From Candidatus Omnitrophota bacterium (GTDB lineage Bacteria > Omnitrophota > Gorgyraeia > Zapsychrales > Fredricksoniimonadaceae): DNA of 64,000 nucleotides. Every line of letters begins with the position of its first letter. Within the stretch, counting starts at the first letter, position 1. Positions 8,528-18,872 of this stretch are shown piece by piece. Position numbers and translations under genes: made by a program. The notes beneath the pieces are model-generated. The model made no database searches. It saw nothing but the letters and a program-made list of their open reading frames with translations, and had not been told where the DNA came from. The DNA is taken from positions 25,852 to 89,851 of the forward strand of contig CAJARJ010000016.1 in NCBI GenBank assembly GCA_903944345.1, given 5' to 3'.

Positions 8528-11500
8528 ATGTATTTCAAGAAGTTGGAAATTTTTGGTTTCAAATCTTTTGCCGAAAAAACGGTTCTGAACTTTGAGGCCG
8601 GGATCACGGCCGTTGTCGGACCTAATGGCTGTGGCAAGAGTAATGTTTTTGATGCTATCCGCTGGGTGCTGGGAGAACAGAGCGCCAAACAGTTGCGCGG
8701 TGGCGCAATGGAAGATGTTATTTTTAACGGCACTGACTCCAAACTGGCTTTGGGTTTTGCCGAAGTCAGCGTTACCTTCGATAATCATTCCCGTACCCTT
8801 CCTGCAAACGCAGATGAAGTCCAGGTGACCCGTCGGCTTTTCCGTTCCGGGGAGAGCGAATATTTAATCAATAAAGAAGCTGTGCGCTTGAAGGATGTGG
8901 CCGAACTTTTTATGGGCACCGGTGTGGGGGCTGAAGCCTATTCTTTGGTGCAGCAAGGGCGGGTGGATCTGGTTGTCAGCGCCAGACCGGAAGACCGGCG
9001 TCTTATTTTTGATGAGGCCTCCGGAATCACGAAGTACAAAACCAGGAAAAAAGAAGCCCAGGGTAAGCTCAAGGATACAGATCAGAACCTTTTGCGGATC
9101 AACGATATTGTCGTCGAGGTCAAGCGTCAGATATCTTCGATCGAGCGTCAGGCCCAGAAAGCTCAGCGGTATAAAGAGGAATTTGAGCGTCTCAAGGTGC
9201 TGGAGGCTGATCTGGCGCGCTGGCAGCTTGCGCTTTCGAGTAAAGAGCGGGAAACTGTTTTGGCGAGCATTGCCCGGGTGCGAGCTCGGGATGACGAATC
9301 TGCCGCTCAGCTTGAGGAATATCGGCAGATTCTGCTCAGAGAAGAATCATTTGTCGAAGAGCTTGAGTCCCGTTTGCAGGATGTACGCGAGCAAGCGATC
9401 AAGCTGGAGAGTCAGATCGAGCTGGCTTCCCGGCAGGTCGCTTTTAACGAGGAGCGTCTGGAGAATCTCTCTGACAATGAGCGGCGGGTAGAGGTATCCA
9501 AGGCACAGGTGTCCGAGCAGTGTCGTCAGGGAGAGCTTAGAGTGGCGGAGATTTCCGTGGCGCTGGACGCACTGATCAAGGGTGCCAGTGATGCGCGGGT
9601 TGCTCTTAATGAGCGCAAGAATGTGTTAATGCTGACTTCCGCCTCAATTGACGACTTGCAAGGCCGCATCCGTCAGGATGAGGAATATTCTCTGCAGTTT
9701 GTGTCCCGTCGTTCCGGACTTCAGGCAAGCTTGACCGATAACATGAAAGAAACCCAGGGGGTTCTGGCTCGCCGGAATCGTTTGGAGACCGAGCGGGACA
9801 AGATCCGGCTTGAAAAAGGTGCTGTTGATCAGCGAGCTCAGGGGCTCTCCCAGGGGCTGGTCGATATTATGGCCCGGCGCTCGGCCTTGTCTTTGGATCT
9901 TGCACGTGAGGAGCAGCAGCAGGAAGCCAATAATTCTGGTTTTGCTACTTTGTCGGCCAGGATTGAGGATCTGGAACGGCGAAAGCTTTTTCTTATTTCC
10001 CAGAAAGATTTCATCGAAAAAATGCATGTGCAGTATCAGGATATTCCTGATCCGGTTATTTCCGGACGTTTTCTGACACCGGTTCCACCTTCACGCCAGC
10101 ATACGGGATTGATAGGCAAGGTCAAGACAGTCAATGCTTTTGCGGCTGATCGACTGGAAGGGCTCAAGAGTCATGTGGCAGGAATCGAAGGCACGGAGCT
10201 TTATGAGGTTGTTTGCGAAACGAAATTTATTGAATTGGATCCGCAGCAGATTGCCGGACGGATCATTGATATTGGCAAGGAGATTGAGGTTCTGACTGCC
10301 GAAAAACAGCAGTTGGCGCTTCTAATTTCCGAGCAGTCCCGTTTGCTGGAACGGATTCGTGCGGATATTTTTGTTGAAGACAAGCGGCTTTCTGTTTGTG
10401 AGGCACAGCAGCAGGATGTGGCTTTGCAATCGGCCAAGCTTCAGACAGAGTTGGAAGTTCTTGTCGTGGAGGCAGAGGAGGCTGATCAGGTCTTGATCCG
10501 TTTACAGGGGGCAGAGACGCTTTTAAAAGAAGAACTGGCCGGAATAGAGGCGGAGACCGCCCGTGTTCGGGAAGAAATTGCCTGCCGTCAGGCAGAAATT
10601 CTGGTTCGTCGCCGCGAGCGTGAAGAGGCTGCAGTATCAGTGGCCCAGATGGAGGCCGAGGTCGCGGGTGTCGCGGATAAAGAAAAAGCCTGGCGCGCCA
10701 ATATTGATATGTATCGCGCTGATTTGCAGCGCGGGCAGCGGGAACTGGAGACTCTGGATAAGGAAGCGTCCGGTTTTGGCGAGCGCCGTGAAAAGTATCG
10801 CCTTGAGATTGAAACTTTGCAGGCTTCGATGGCTGCGTTGCGCGCGGACAGGCAGGAGCTGGCGGTTGCGCTTGGACGACATGAGGCCGAACGCGATGAT
10901 GTTTCTCAGCGCCTGGGCAGCGTGCGTGCGCAGATGCTGGCAATCGAGAAAGATGTTGCTGACAGTCGTGATCAGATTCACGGGCAGGAGTTGCGGATTC
11001 AGCAGATATCCTTTCAGGAACAGTCTGTTCGTGAACGGATTTTACAGAAATACCAGCTTGAAATTGCCTCTTCCGGGGAACAGGATGAAGCACCGTTGCC
11101 GGCTGATTTCGATCCCGACAAGACCACCCAGGATATCCAGGGATTGACCAAGCGCTGTGAGTCGTATGGTACGGTCAATATGGTGGCGATCGAGGAATTC
11201 GAGGAGCTGCGTAACCGCTTCCAGTTCCTGACAAAACAGCAGGCTGACCTGTTGACCGCAAAAGACATGCTGGAACAGACGATTCGCAAGATTAACAAAA
11301 CGACCCGGCAGATGTTTGTCGATACGTTTACCAAAGTTAATGAGCAGTTTCGGCATTATTTCCGGGTGCTTTTTAATGGAGGTGAGGCGCAATTGGTTCT
11401 GGTTGACCCCGAGAATGCGCTGGAGTCCGGTATCGAGATTGTCGCTCGTCCTCCAGGAAAGAAGTTGCAAGTTATCAGCCTGCTTTCCGGCGGCGAAAAA

Positions 11501-11881
11501 ACCATGACGGCCATTGCGCTTATTTTTTCGGTTTTCAAGGTTAATCCCAGTCCTTTTTGTGTGCTGGATGAAATCGACGCAGCTCTGGATGAAGCCAATG
11601 TGGATCGCTTCGCCCATGTCCTTAAGGATTTCGCCCGGATTGCACAGTTTATTGTTATTACACATAACAAAAAAACCATTGCGCATGCTGATGTTATGTA
11701 CGGTGTCACCATGCAGCAAACCGGCGTGTCCCGGGTTGTTTCGGTTAAATTGTCTGACAAAAGTCAACAAAAGTCAGAGCCTGTGTCAGACAGTGTTGTG
11801 GACTCAGAGGAAGCTCCCTCTGTCGCGGCGGTTGTTCCGGACGGACAGGCAGATTTGCAGGAGGAGCTGGCTGGGGTATGA
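8528..11881 (+). CDS. smc: chromosome segregation protein SMC
   Basis: Canonical start MYFKKLEIFGFKSFAEKTVLNFEAGITAVVGPNGCGKSN (Walker A). Long coiled coils and a hinge. C-terminal LSGGEKTMTAIALIFSVF…DEIDAALD signature and Walker B. The track ORF start at 8477 is upstream of the conserved N-terminus, so 8528 is preferred. Confidence 0.9.
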   Translation: MYFKKLEIFGFKSFAEKTVLNFEAGITAVVGPNGCGKSNVFDAIRWVLGEQSAKQLRGGAMEDVIFNGTDSKLALGFAEVSVTFDNHSRTLPANADEVQVTRRLFRSGESEYLINKEAVRLKDVAELFMGTGVGAEAYSLVQQGRVDLVVSARPEDRRLIFDEASGITKYKTRKKEAQGKLKDTDQNLLRINDIVVEVKRQISSIERQAQKAQRYKEEFERLKVLEADLARWQLALSSKERETVLASIARVRARDDESAAQLEEYRQILLREESFVEELESRLQDVREQAIKLESQIELASRQVAFNEERLENLSDNERRVEVSKAQVSEQCRQGELRVAEISVALDALIKGASDARVALNERKNVLMLTSASIDDLQGRIRQDEEYSLQFVSRRSGLQASLTDNMKETQGVLARRNRLETERDKIRLEKGAVDQRAQGLSQGLVDIMARRSALSLDLAREEQQQEANNSGFATLSARIEDLERRKLFLISQKDFIEKMHVQYQDIPDPVISGRFLTPVPPSRQHTGLIGKVKTVNAFAADRLEGLKSHVAGIEGTELYEVVCETKFIELDPQQIAGRIIDIGKEIEVLTAEKQQLALLISEQSRLLERIRADIFVEDKRLSVCEAQQQDVALQSAKLQTELEVLVVEAEEADQVLIRLQGAETLLKEELAGIEAETARVREEIACRQAEILVRRREREEAAVSVAQMEAEVAGVADKEKAWRANIDMYRADLQRGQRELETLDKEASGFGERREKYRLEIETLQASMAALRADRQELAVALGRHEAERDDVSQRLGSVRAQMLAIEKDVADSRDQIHGQELRIQQISFQEQSVRERILQKYQLEIASSGEQDEAPLPADFDPDKTTQDIQGLTKRCESYGTVNMVAIEEFEELRNRFQFLTKQQADLLTAKDMLEQTIRKINKTTRQMFVDTFTKVNEQFRHYFRVLFNGGEAQLVLVDPENALESGIEIVARPPGKKLQVISLLSGGEKTMTAIALIFSVFKVNPSPFCVLDEIDAALDEANVDRFAHVLKDFARIAQFIVITHNKKTIAHADVMYGVTMQQTGVSRVVSVKLSDKSQQKSEPVSDSVVDSEEAPSVAAVVPDGQADLQEELAGV

Positions 11882-11926
11882 CTTTTCTCTGGTGAGTTTG
11901 CTCAGGTTTAAAAGCCAAGATTATGT

Positions 11927-11962
11927 AAGCCATGGAGTTATATTCCATGGCTTTTCTTTTTT
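11927..11962 (+). terminator. rho-independent terminator after smc
   Basis: AAGCCATGGA-gttatat-TCCATGGCTT hairpin followed by TTCTTTTTT. Confidence 0.6.
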
Positions 11963-11978
11963 AGTGCGGACGCTTTTC

Positions 11979-12008
11979 TTGACAGTCTTTAAAAACATAT
12001 GTTATACT
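11979..12008 (+). promoter_or_regulatory. candidate sigma70 promoter for cvpA (TTGACA-18-TATACT)
   Basis: Seen directly, downstream of the smc terminator and ~130 nt upstream of the cvpA start. Confidence 0.45.
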
Positions 12009-12140
12009 TCAAAATCTTTACAAGCACATGACTTAGAGTTTAAGTCAAAACGGATATTCAGATTTCTGCTGTTTTCTTTGAATTGACCGCCGGGGTTCCC
12101 TAAGGCTTTTGTCAGGGCAAGATCGGAATCAAAAAAGAGG

Positions 12141-12719
12141 ATGCGTATGACCATGGCATGGTTGGGCAGGTTGAATTGGATCGATCTGGTTGTCGGCTTG
12201 ATTTTTGTCCGGGTTATTTTCGTAGGCATTAATACGGGTTTTGTGATTGAGTTTTTTAAATTTCTGGGAACGGTGTTTACTGTTTTTGTTTGTCTGCATT
12301 ATTATTCGACTTTATCCGGCCTGTTGACCAGTTTCACCTCGAGTCCATTGGTTATTGCGGTTTGTGTGACATTTGTGCTTTTCTGGCTCTTTCTTTTTTT
12401 GTTATGTAAGATTATACGGGATGGTCTTTTGATGGTTTTTTCTATTGAAGCCCAGGCTTTTGTCGATAAATGGGGAGGGGCTTTGGTTGGCCTTGCCCGG
12501 GCCTGTCTTGTGGCCAGCATGGTATTGTTTTTCTTTTTGCTTACGGAGAATTCTTATCTGGAGAGTATGACGGCCCGCAGTCTTTCCGGGCGTTATCTGG
12601 CACCGGTATCCCCCGGAGTTTATCGAACCATTCAGGAGTCTCTGGTGGCCAAATTGTTTTCAGGTGACCGTTTAAATTCCGAGGTTTTGCGGCAGCTTGG
12701 AAAGATAGAGCGCCGCTGA
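12141..12719 (+). CDS. cvpA: CvpA family membrane protein (colicin V production protein-like)
   Basis: N-terminus (NWIDLVVGLIFVRVIFVGINTGFVIEFFKFLG…) and the 4-TM pattern are typical of CvpA. AAGAGG RBS. Confidence 0.7.
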   Translation: MRMTMAWLGRLNWIDLVVGLIFVRVIFVGINTGFVIEFFKFLGTVFTVFVCLHYYSTLSGLLTSFTSSPLVIAVCVTFVLFWLFLFLLCKIIRDGLLMVFSIEAQAFVDKWGGALVGLARACLVASMVLFFFLLTENSYLESMTARSLSGRYLAPVSPGVYRTIQESLVAKLFSGDRLNSEVLRQLGKIERR

Positions 12720-12752
12720 CCGCTAGAATCAGGAGCTGACGGTTCAGCAGAG

Positions 12753-14534
12753 GTGTATGTGGGGCTTATTCCTGAGGATGTGATAGCGCAGATTATTGAC
12801 CGCACCGATATTGTGGCAATGGTCGCAGGGTATATCCCTCTGAAGAAGACGGGAAGAAATTTTAAAGGGGCGTGCCCTTTTCATAATGAAAAGACCCCTT
12901 CGTTCATTGTCAATCCGGACAAGCAGATTTTTCATTGTTTTGGCTGTGGAGCCGGTGGGAATGTAATCCGGTTTGTTATGATGCAGGAGCATCTGGACTT
13001 CCCTCAGGCATTAAGAATGCTGGCGGACAAAGCCGGGATTTCGCTGCCCGAAAGTCGCGTTGACCCCGGGCAGGACACCCTGGCCCGGCAGGTGATTGCA
13101 CTTAATGAGGTTGCGGTCGAATATTTCAGGACCAATCTCATGTCGGGTGCCGGCGACGAAATTCGCCTGGCTCGGGAGTATCTTCGTGCACGGTCGATTA
13201 ATGCCGAGACTGCAAAACGTTTTAATATCGGCTACGCCTATGATCGTTGGGATGGACTGCTGATATTGTTGCGTCAGAAAGGTTTTTCTTCTGATGTGAT
13301 CGAGCGGTCGGGCTTGGTTGTGATGCGCGACCAGGGCAAAGGCTGTTACGATCGTTTCAGGGGAAGAATTGTTTTTTCGATCTTTGATCACAGAGGCCGG
13401 CCGGTAGCATTTGGAGCGCGTTCTTTAAAAAAAGACGATCAGGCGAAATATATCAATTCACCCGAGACTCCGGTCTATACCAAAGGCAGGCATCTTTACG
13501 GTTTTAATTTGTCCAAAGAGGCGGCGGGTCAGGCAGACAAGTTGGTGATTGTGGAAGGGTACCTGGATTTTATTCGCCCTTACGCGGGGGGAGTCGAGAA
13601 TGTGGCGGCTTCGCTGGGGACGGCTCTGACGGTTGATCAGATCAGGCTGATTCGCAGATACACCCGGAATGTTGTTATGCTTTACGATATGGATACCGCC
13701 GGGCAAATGGCGTCTTTGCGTAGTCTGGATGTTTTGCTTGACGAGGACATGGACGTTCGTATAGCCACTCTGAGCGAGGGAGATGATCCGGACTCTTTCA
13801 TCCTGAAGTATGGTATTGACGAATTTCGTACCCGGCTGCTCTTGGCAAAAAGCCTTTTTGAGTTTAAACTTGAATCTCTGACAGCGCAGTACCCGGTTGC
13901 AACGATCGAAGGCCGGGGGAGGATTTGCCAGGAAATGATTCCGACGATTGAGCGGGTCAGAAGCGAAGTTGTCAAAAGCGGATATTTTCAGGAGTTGGCC
14001 CAACGGCTTAAAGTTTCGGAAACGGCTCTGCACAAAGAGCGAAATCTGGTTTCGCGCTCGCCAGCTCCGGTTACGGCTGCTGTCGGTGGAGTTCCGGCGG
14101 GGTCAATCAAGCCGGCCGGATTGCCCGCCGATGAGGCTGAAATCCTGCGGCTGGTTCTTAAAGATATGCGCTGGGCTCAGTTGTTACGAACTGTGGCGGA
14201 TACGGATGACTTTTCCCATCCGGTTGTCAGAAGGATCATAACAGTTCTTTTTGAAGACATTGATCTGGGTCGCAAGACAAGTGCGGCATTTCTATGGGAA
14301 CGGATTGACGACCAGGAGGCACGGCGTATCCTGGCTTCCGGAGCGGTCGATAACGGCCAGCCGTCAGCCGGTGAGGAACGGGTTTTAAATGATTGTCTGG
14401 CGCGCTTGCGCAAGACAAGAATCAGGCATCGAAGGGAAGAAGTTCGCCGCGCGATCAGGCTGGCAGAGAAGAACAAGGATCCGCAGCGGGTGCTGGAATT
14501 GCAGAAGGAATTTAATCAGCTGGTCAAGGAATGA
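12753..14534 (+). CDS. dnaG: DNA primase
   Basis: CHC2 zinc finger [35 protein letters not shown], followed by a TOPRIM region (VIVEGYLD…DTAG). GTG start per the track. Confidence 0.9.
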   Translation: MYVGLIPEDVIAQIIDRTDIVAMVAGYIPLKKTGRNFKGACPFHNEKTPSFIVNPDKQIFHCFGCGAGGNVIRFVMMQEHLDFPQALRMLADKAGISLPESRVDPGQDTLARQVIALNEVAVEYFRTNLMSGAGDEIRLAREYLRARSINAETAKRFNIGYAYDRWDGLLILLRQKGFSSDVIERSGLVVMRDQGKGCYDRFRGRIVFSIFDHRGRPVAFGARSLKKDDQAKYINSPETPVYTKGRHLYGFNLSKEAAGQADKLVIVEGYLDFIRPYAGGVENVAASLGTALTVDQIRLIRRYTRNVVMLYDMDTAGQMASLRSLDVLLDEDMDVRIATLSEGDDPDSFILKYGIDEFRTRLLLAKSLFEFKLESLTAQYPVATIEGRGRICQEMIPTIERVRSEVVKSGYFQELAQRLKVSETALHKERNLVSRSPAPVTAAVGGVPAGSIKPAGLPADEAEILRLVLKDMRWAQLLRTVADTDDFSHPVVRRIITVLFEDIDLGRKTSAAFLWERIDDQEARRILASGAVDNGQPSAGEERVLNDCLARLRKTRIRHRREEVRRAIRLAEKNKDPQRVLELQKEFNQLVKE

Positions 14535-14545
14535 GGGATTGCAAC

Positions 14546-16135
14546 ATGAAAGAGCAGGAAAAAGAGAAGGATTTTCAGCACGACCTCGACAAGCTTGTTG
14601 AGTCAGGGAAAAAGAAAGGGTTTCTGACCTATGATGAGGTCAATGCAACGCTTTCGGATTCTATTGACTCTTCCGAGGATATCGACCAGGTGTTCGAGAT
14701 CCTGGACGGTAAGGGGATCAGGGTTGTAGATTCTGACGAGGAAGTTGATCCCCAGGCTGAAGACGCGGAAGAAACCCGGGAACAGCAGGTGCGTCGCGTG
14801 CGTGAGGAGAATCGTGAAGAAGATGTCTACGCAGACAAATTTATTCCTCTCGATGATCCGGTCAAGATGTATCTCAAGCAGATGGGGTCGATTCCTCTGT
14901 TGACCAGAGACGAAGAAATTTCCCTGGCCAAGCGTATTGAGGAAGCAGAAGGAAAGTTTGCCGAGGCTCTTTTTGTGACGGCGTTTGCACGCCGGGAGGC
15001 AATCCATACTATTGAAAATGCGCTTAACGAGCAGATTAATGTCGAGGACGTGGTTAAGGACGAATTGGAACGTCGCCCGAAGCTGTTGCAGGATCTCAAG
15101 CGTTTGCTGGAAAAGGTCAAGCGCACCAAAGCCGGGACTGCCGAGTCTGCCAAGGTGATATCCGAGTTCAAGTTGACCAGTTCGGTCAATGAGGCGATTA
15201 TTGTCAAGATCAATGAACTTGTGGACGAGCTGGCCTTTGTCGAGCGTCAGTTGGCTATCAAGAAACCGATCCTTTCCAAGAAGGATCTGGAAGAGAAGCG
15301 CAAGCGGATCACCCGTGATCTCGGCGAACCGATCGTTCATCTTAAAGAGCAGTTGCGGGTTATCAAGATTCGTCAGCGGGAGTTTAACAAGGCCAAAAAG
15401 CTTCTGGTGGAGGCCAACCTTCGGTTGGTTGTTTCGATTGCCAAGAAATATATCAATCGCGGACTTTCGTTCCTGGATTTGATCCAGGAAGGAAATATGG
15501 GCCTTATCCGCGCGGTCGAGAAGTTTGAGTATCAGAGGGGATACAAGTTTTCAACTTATGCAACATGGTGGATTCGTCAGGCCATTACGCGTTCGATCGC
15601 GGATCAGGCCCGGACAATTCGTATTCCTGTCCACATGACCGAAACGATCAACAAGATTATTCGTATTTCCCGTATGTTTGTACAGGAATATGGCAGGGAG
15701 CCGGCTCCTCAGGAGATCGCCGCCCAGATGCGTATTCCTGTATCCAAGGTTAAAGAGATCATGAAGATATCCCAGGTTCCGATTTCTTTGCAGACACCAA
15801 TCGGAGATGAAGGGGATACTCATTTCGGCGATTTTATCGAGGACAAGAAGGCAGTTTCTCCGGCTAATGCCACACTGCATTCGATGTTAAAAGACGAGAT
15901 TGGTTCTGTTCTTGATACACTTGATGATCGTGAACGTAAGATTCTGGAGTTGCGTTTCGGCATAATGGATGGCACCAGCCGGACACTGGAAGAGGTCGGT
16001 GCTGAATTTAACGTAACGAGGGAGCGTGTGCGGCAGATTGAATCCAAGGCATTGCGGAAGCTGCGTCACCCTACGCGTTCTCGTCGCATAAAAATGTTTC
16101 TGGATATGTCCACCCGGGAAGATTATGCGATTTGA
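14546..16135 (+). CDS. rpoD: RNA polymerase sigma factor RpoD (sigma-70)
   Basis: Acidic region 1, then regions 2-4. Region 2.4 (…[27 protein letters not shown]) is diagnostic. It follows dnaG as in the conserved dnaG-rpoD operon. Confidence 0.9.
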   Translation: MKEQEKEKDFQHDLDKLVESGKKKGFLTYDEVNATLSDSIDSSEDIDQVFEILDGKGIRVVDSDEEVDPQAEDAEETREQQVRRVREENREEDVYADKFIPLDDPVKMYLKQMGSIPLLTRDEEISLAKRIEEAEGKFAEALFVTAFARREAIHTIENALNEQINVEDVVKDELERRPKLLQDLKRLLEKVKRTKAGTAESAKVISEFKLTSSVNEAIIVKINELVDELAFVERQLAIKKPILSKKDLEEKRKRITRDLGEPIVHLKEQLRVIKIRQREFNKAKKLLVEANLRLVVSIAKKYINRGLSFLDLIQEGNMGLIRAVEKFEYQRGYKFSTYATWWIRQAITRSIADQARTIRIPVHMTETINKIIRISRMFVQEYGREPAPQEIAAQMRIPVSKVKEIMKISQVPISLQTPIGDEGDTHFGDFIEDKKAVSPANATLHSMLKDEIGSVLDTLDDRERKILELRFGIMDGTSRTLEEVGAEFNVTRERVRQIESKALRKLRHPTRSRRIKMFLDMSTREDYAI

Positions 16136-16171
16136 CCGTGTAGATTTGGCGGGTTGTGACTGAATTGATGA

Positions 16172-16208
16172 AACATCCGGAGGGTTTTTGCCTCCGGATG
16201 TTTTTTTT
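16172..16208 (+). terminator. rho-independent terminator after rpoD
   Basis: AACATCCGGAGG-gtttttg-CCTCCGGATGTT, a 12-bp stem, followed by a T run. Confidence 0.65.
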
Positions 16209-16213
16209 GGAGG

Positions 16214-17005
16214 ATGATAATGAATGCCCCGTTTTTAACTTCCTTGATTGCGCTTGCGCTTTTCTTTTTTGCTCCGGATGCCGTTGCCGGGCGTATTTCT
16301 CCGGCGGTTATGACTGCTCTTTCTGCAACTATGGACGGGGTGTACAAAAGAATAGAAGCTATCCGTGATCGTAATGATGTTTTGCGCGGCTTTGACCGGA
16401 CGGCGTTGCGGCAGGATTCAAATGGGTGGACATTCATTGAGTATGTGCATTCTTTCTCCGAAGATCTTAATTTTGTGATCAGCGTCAAGGCGTATCCTGT
16501 AGATGTGGTTGATGTGGATCAGGAGGAGCCCGGTTACCAGGTTCTGACGTATCCCCAGGCCGGGATCAAGATCGGGCTTTTTGTCAGAGGCAGGGCCGGA
16601 ATGGGTGGTTTCAATCTGCTGGATGCTGTCCGGATCGAAGGAATAAGGATTGAAGAACTTCAGCAGGCGGGGCTGCCGTTACGGCTTTCTATCCGGACGC
16701 CGCGGGAGCCTGTGGCTCTGGGACAGAAACTGGAATTTGATGTTGTGCTGGGTAATGTCAGTTCCATGGGGCATCGCTTGAAGCGCCTGGATGAAGACTC
16801 CCTTTCCTGTCTTTTCAACGGGCAGACATGGGGGAAAGGCCGTATTTCGGGGGTAGGGAATCATCTGCTTTCTCCCGGGGAGTCGTTAACCAAGAAATTC
16901 TCACTCATGCCCTCACGCCGTGGTGATTTCGAAATCTTTTGTTCTTACGGGCTGGGTTTTTCCGGTCTCCGGCCAAGCGCGCGTACAGTGGTTCGGGTGG
17001 AATAG
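16214..17005 (+). CDS. hypothetical exported protein
   Basis: N-terminal signal-peptide-like segment MIMNAPFLTSLIALALFFFAPDAVAG. No recognisable catalytic motifs. Confidence 0.5.
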   Translation: MIMNAPFLTSLIALALFFFAPDAVAGRISPAVMTALSATMDGVYKRIEAIRDRNDVLRGFDRTALRQDSNGWTFIEYVHSFSEDLNFVISVKAYPVDVVDVDQEEPGYQVLTYPQAGIKIGLFVRGRAGMGGFNLLDAVRIEGIRIEELQQAGLPLRLSIRTPREPVALGQKLEFDVVLGNVSSMGHRLKRLDEDSLSCLFNGQTWGKGRISGVGNHLLSPGESLTKKFSLMPSRRGDFEIFCSYGLGFSGLRPSARTVVRVE

Positions 17006-17115
17006 TTTGCATTTGATTATTGAATATTGAAAAGAATCGGCATGTGTGATATTCTTCTTCGTCAGTTTAGCTGTATAACTGGCGTGGCACAGGCAGTTCT
17101 GATCAAGAGAATTCA

Positions 17116-17189
17116 GGGCCTATAGCTCAGTCGGTTAGAGCAGGAGACTCATAATCTCTTGGTCCCTGGTTCGAGTCCAGGTGGGCCCA
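17116..17189 (+). tRNA. tRNA-Met (anticodon CAT; elongator-type, could alternatively be tRNA-Ile2/lysidine)
   Basis: Cloverleaf folded by hand. Acceptor GGGCCTA/TGGGCCC, D arm GCTC/GAGC, anticodon loop CTCATAA, T arm CCTGG-TTCGAGT-CCAGG. No encoded CCA. It lacks the initiator-specific features. Confidence 0.85.
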
Positions 17190-17222
17190 TTCTGATTTGT
17201 AAGTTCTTTCGGCGGTCATACT

Positions 17223-17299
17223 GGACGCATAGCTCAGTTGGTTAGAGCGCTGCCCTCACATGGCAGAGGTCGCAGGTTCGATTCCTGCTGCGTCCACCA
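17223..17299 (+). tRNA. tRNA-Val (anticodon CAC)
   Basis: Cloverleaf folded by hand. Acceptor GGACGCA/TGCGTCC, anticodon loop CTCACAT, T arm GCAGG-TTCGATT-CCTGC. Encoded CCA. Confidence 0.85.
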
Positions 17300-17341
17300 T
17301 TTTTATCAGCCTGCGGTATTGCAAGCAAGGAAGAGGACAAT

Positions 17342-18067
17342 GTGGCGCAAGGAACTGTAAAGATTACCCTCGGGAAGCTGGTTATTCTTCAGGAGATTGA
17401 TCTGGAGCTTTATGAATACAAAAGAGAGCTCGCGGAGAAGCCGGCGCAGGCGTTGACGCTCAAGGCGGCCTACGAGAAGAAACGCGAACATTTTACTGAA
17501 CTTGAAGCGAAGTCGAAGGAGATAGATCTTGCGCGTAAAACCAAAGAGCTGGATCTTAAAAGCAAGGAGCAAAGTATCGCTCATGCCAGTACCCAGTTGA
17601 TGACGCTCAAGACCAACAAGGAGTATCAGACCAAGCTTTTTGAGATCGAGAACCTTAAGGCGGATAAATCTCTTCTGGAAGAAGATGTGCTTCGCTTGAT
17701 GGAATCATCCGAGAGAATTCTGGCTGAAATCAGTAAGGAAAAAGAATTTTTACTGGAAGAAGAAAAGCAGTATCTTGCCGAGAAGGAAAAAGTTGACCTA
17801 GAGCTTGCGTCAGTCCAGGAAAAAATTACGTCAGTTGAAGCCCGTCGGCGCGAAGCCGTTGTCGGTATTGACCCGGCGACGCTTTCTACTTACGAGCAGG
17901 TTGTCCGCAATCGAGGCGGGCTTGCACTGGTTCCGTTGGTGGGCGGGGCATGCGGCGGTTGTTTTATGCATTTGCCGCAGCAGTTTGTTAACCGTATAAA
18001 AATGTTCGATCAGATTGTACGTTGCGAGATGTGCGCGCGGTTGCTTTATATCAAGGAAGATCTTTGA
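17342..18067 (+). CDS. coiled-coil zinc-ribbon protein (COG1579/DUF164-like)
   Basis: Long coiled coil followed by a C-terminal CGGC…x18…CEMC zinc ribbon. GTG start. The stop overlaps the rnhA start (TGATG). Confidence 0.7.
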   Translation: MAQGTVKITLGKLVILQEIDLELYEYKRELAEKPAQALTLKAAYEKKREHFTELEAKSKEIDLARKTKELDLKSKEQSIAHASTQLMTLKTNKEYQTKLFEIENLKADKSLLEEDVLRLMESSERILAEISKEKEFLLEEEKQYLAEKEKVDLELASVQEKITSVEARRREAVVGIDPATLSTYEQVVRNRGGLALVPLVGGACGGCFMHLPQQFVNRIKMFDQIVRCEMCARLLYIKEDL

Positions 18068-18531
18068 TGCGGGTTTTTGAAATATTTTCTGATGGTGCCT
18101 CAAGCGGCAATCCCGGGCCGTCCGCGATCGGTGTGGTGATTCTGGAAGATGGTGTTACGTTACGCGAGATTGCCGAACCGATTGGTCTTGCCACCAATAA
18201 TGTGGCTGAGTACCGGGCCTTGATCAGAGGTTTAACTGAGGCTCGGCAGCTAGGAGCAGAGCATGTGCGGCTGCGCACGGACAGTGAGCTTGTTTTTTAT
18301 CAGATCAAGGGTGAATACAAGGTCAAGCATGAAAACATGAAGCTTTTGCATGCTCAAGCGGTCGAGATATTGAAAAGTTTCAAGAAAGTCGAGTTCAAGG
18401 TGGTGCCGCGGGAACAGAATAGTGCGGCGGATCGACTGGCCACCTCTGTTCTTAAAAAGAAAAAAACAGGCCATGACGGCCGCTCCGATGAATTCACAAT
18501 CGGGGAGGAAAGTCCGGGCTCCACAGGATAG
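18067..18531 (+). CDS. rnhA: ribonuclease HI
   Basis: MRVFEIFSDGASSGNPGPSAIGVVI… (DG.S.GNPG catalytic motif), TNNVAEYRAL, …AADRLA. The track start at 18022 is replaced by the ATG at 18067. The last ~20 codons run into the rnpB 5' end. Confidence 0.85.
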   Translation: MRVFEIFSDGASSGNPGPSAIGVVILEDGVTLREIAEPIGLATNNVAEYRALIRGLTEARQLGAEHVRLRTDSELVFYQIKGEYKVKHENMKLLHAQAVEILKSFKKVEFKVVPREQNSAADRLATSVLKKKKTGHDGRSDEFTIGEESPGSTG

Positions 18532-18872
18532 TGCGCCCAGGTAATTCTGGGACGTTTTGCTGACTGTCTTTCGGGATTGTTTGCAGGATGTTGAACAGAG
18601 CCACAGTGACGAACAACCGCGGTTGAATGCGGGGAAGTGAAACGCGGCGATCTCCGCATGGAGCAAGGCCAAATATGAGGAGAGTTCTTCGGGGAGCAAG
18701 TTAACTTTTTCTCTGGATGTAACACGAAATGATCCGTTTCGTTTATCCTCGGGTGGGCTGCAAGAGTCTTTCGGGCGACCGAAAGAGTAAGGCGGATGGT
18801 CGTCAACGTTCTTTGGGACCGGCCTAGTGTCTGTCCGGGGAGCGGTACAGAACCCGGCTTATGGCCTGTTTT
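18463..18872 (+). ncRNA. rnpB: RNase P RNA (rnpB), bacterial type A
   Basis: Not in the ORF track. It contains the universal P4 strand GGAGGAAAGTCCGGGCTCC, plus GCCCAGGTAA…CTGGG, GGAGCAAGGCCAAATA and ACAGAACCCGGCTTA. The 3' segment ATGGCCTGTTTT pairs with the 5' AAAACAGGCCAT to form P1. The ends are approximate. Confidence 0.88.

Noticed and set aside
17116-17189. Possibility that the CAT-anticodon tRNA is the initiator tRNA-fMet
   Set aside because: Position 1:72 is a G-C pair and the anticodon stem is GGAGA/TCTCT, without three consecutive G-C pairs. Elongator Met (or Ile2) is more likely.
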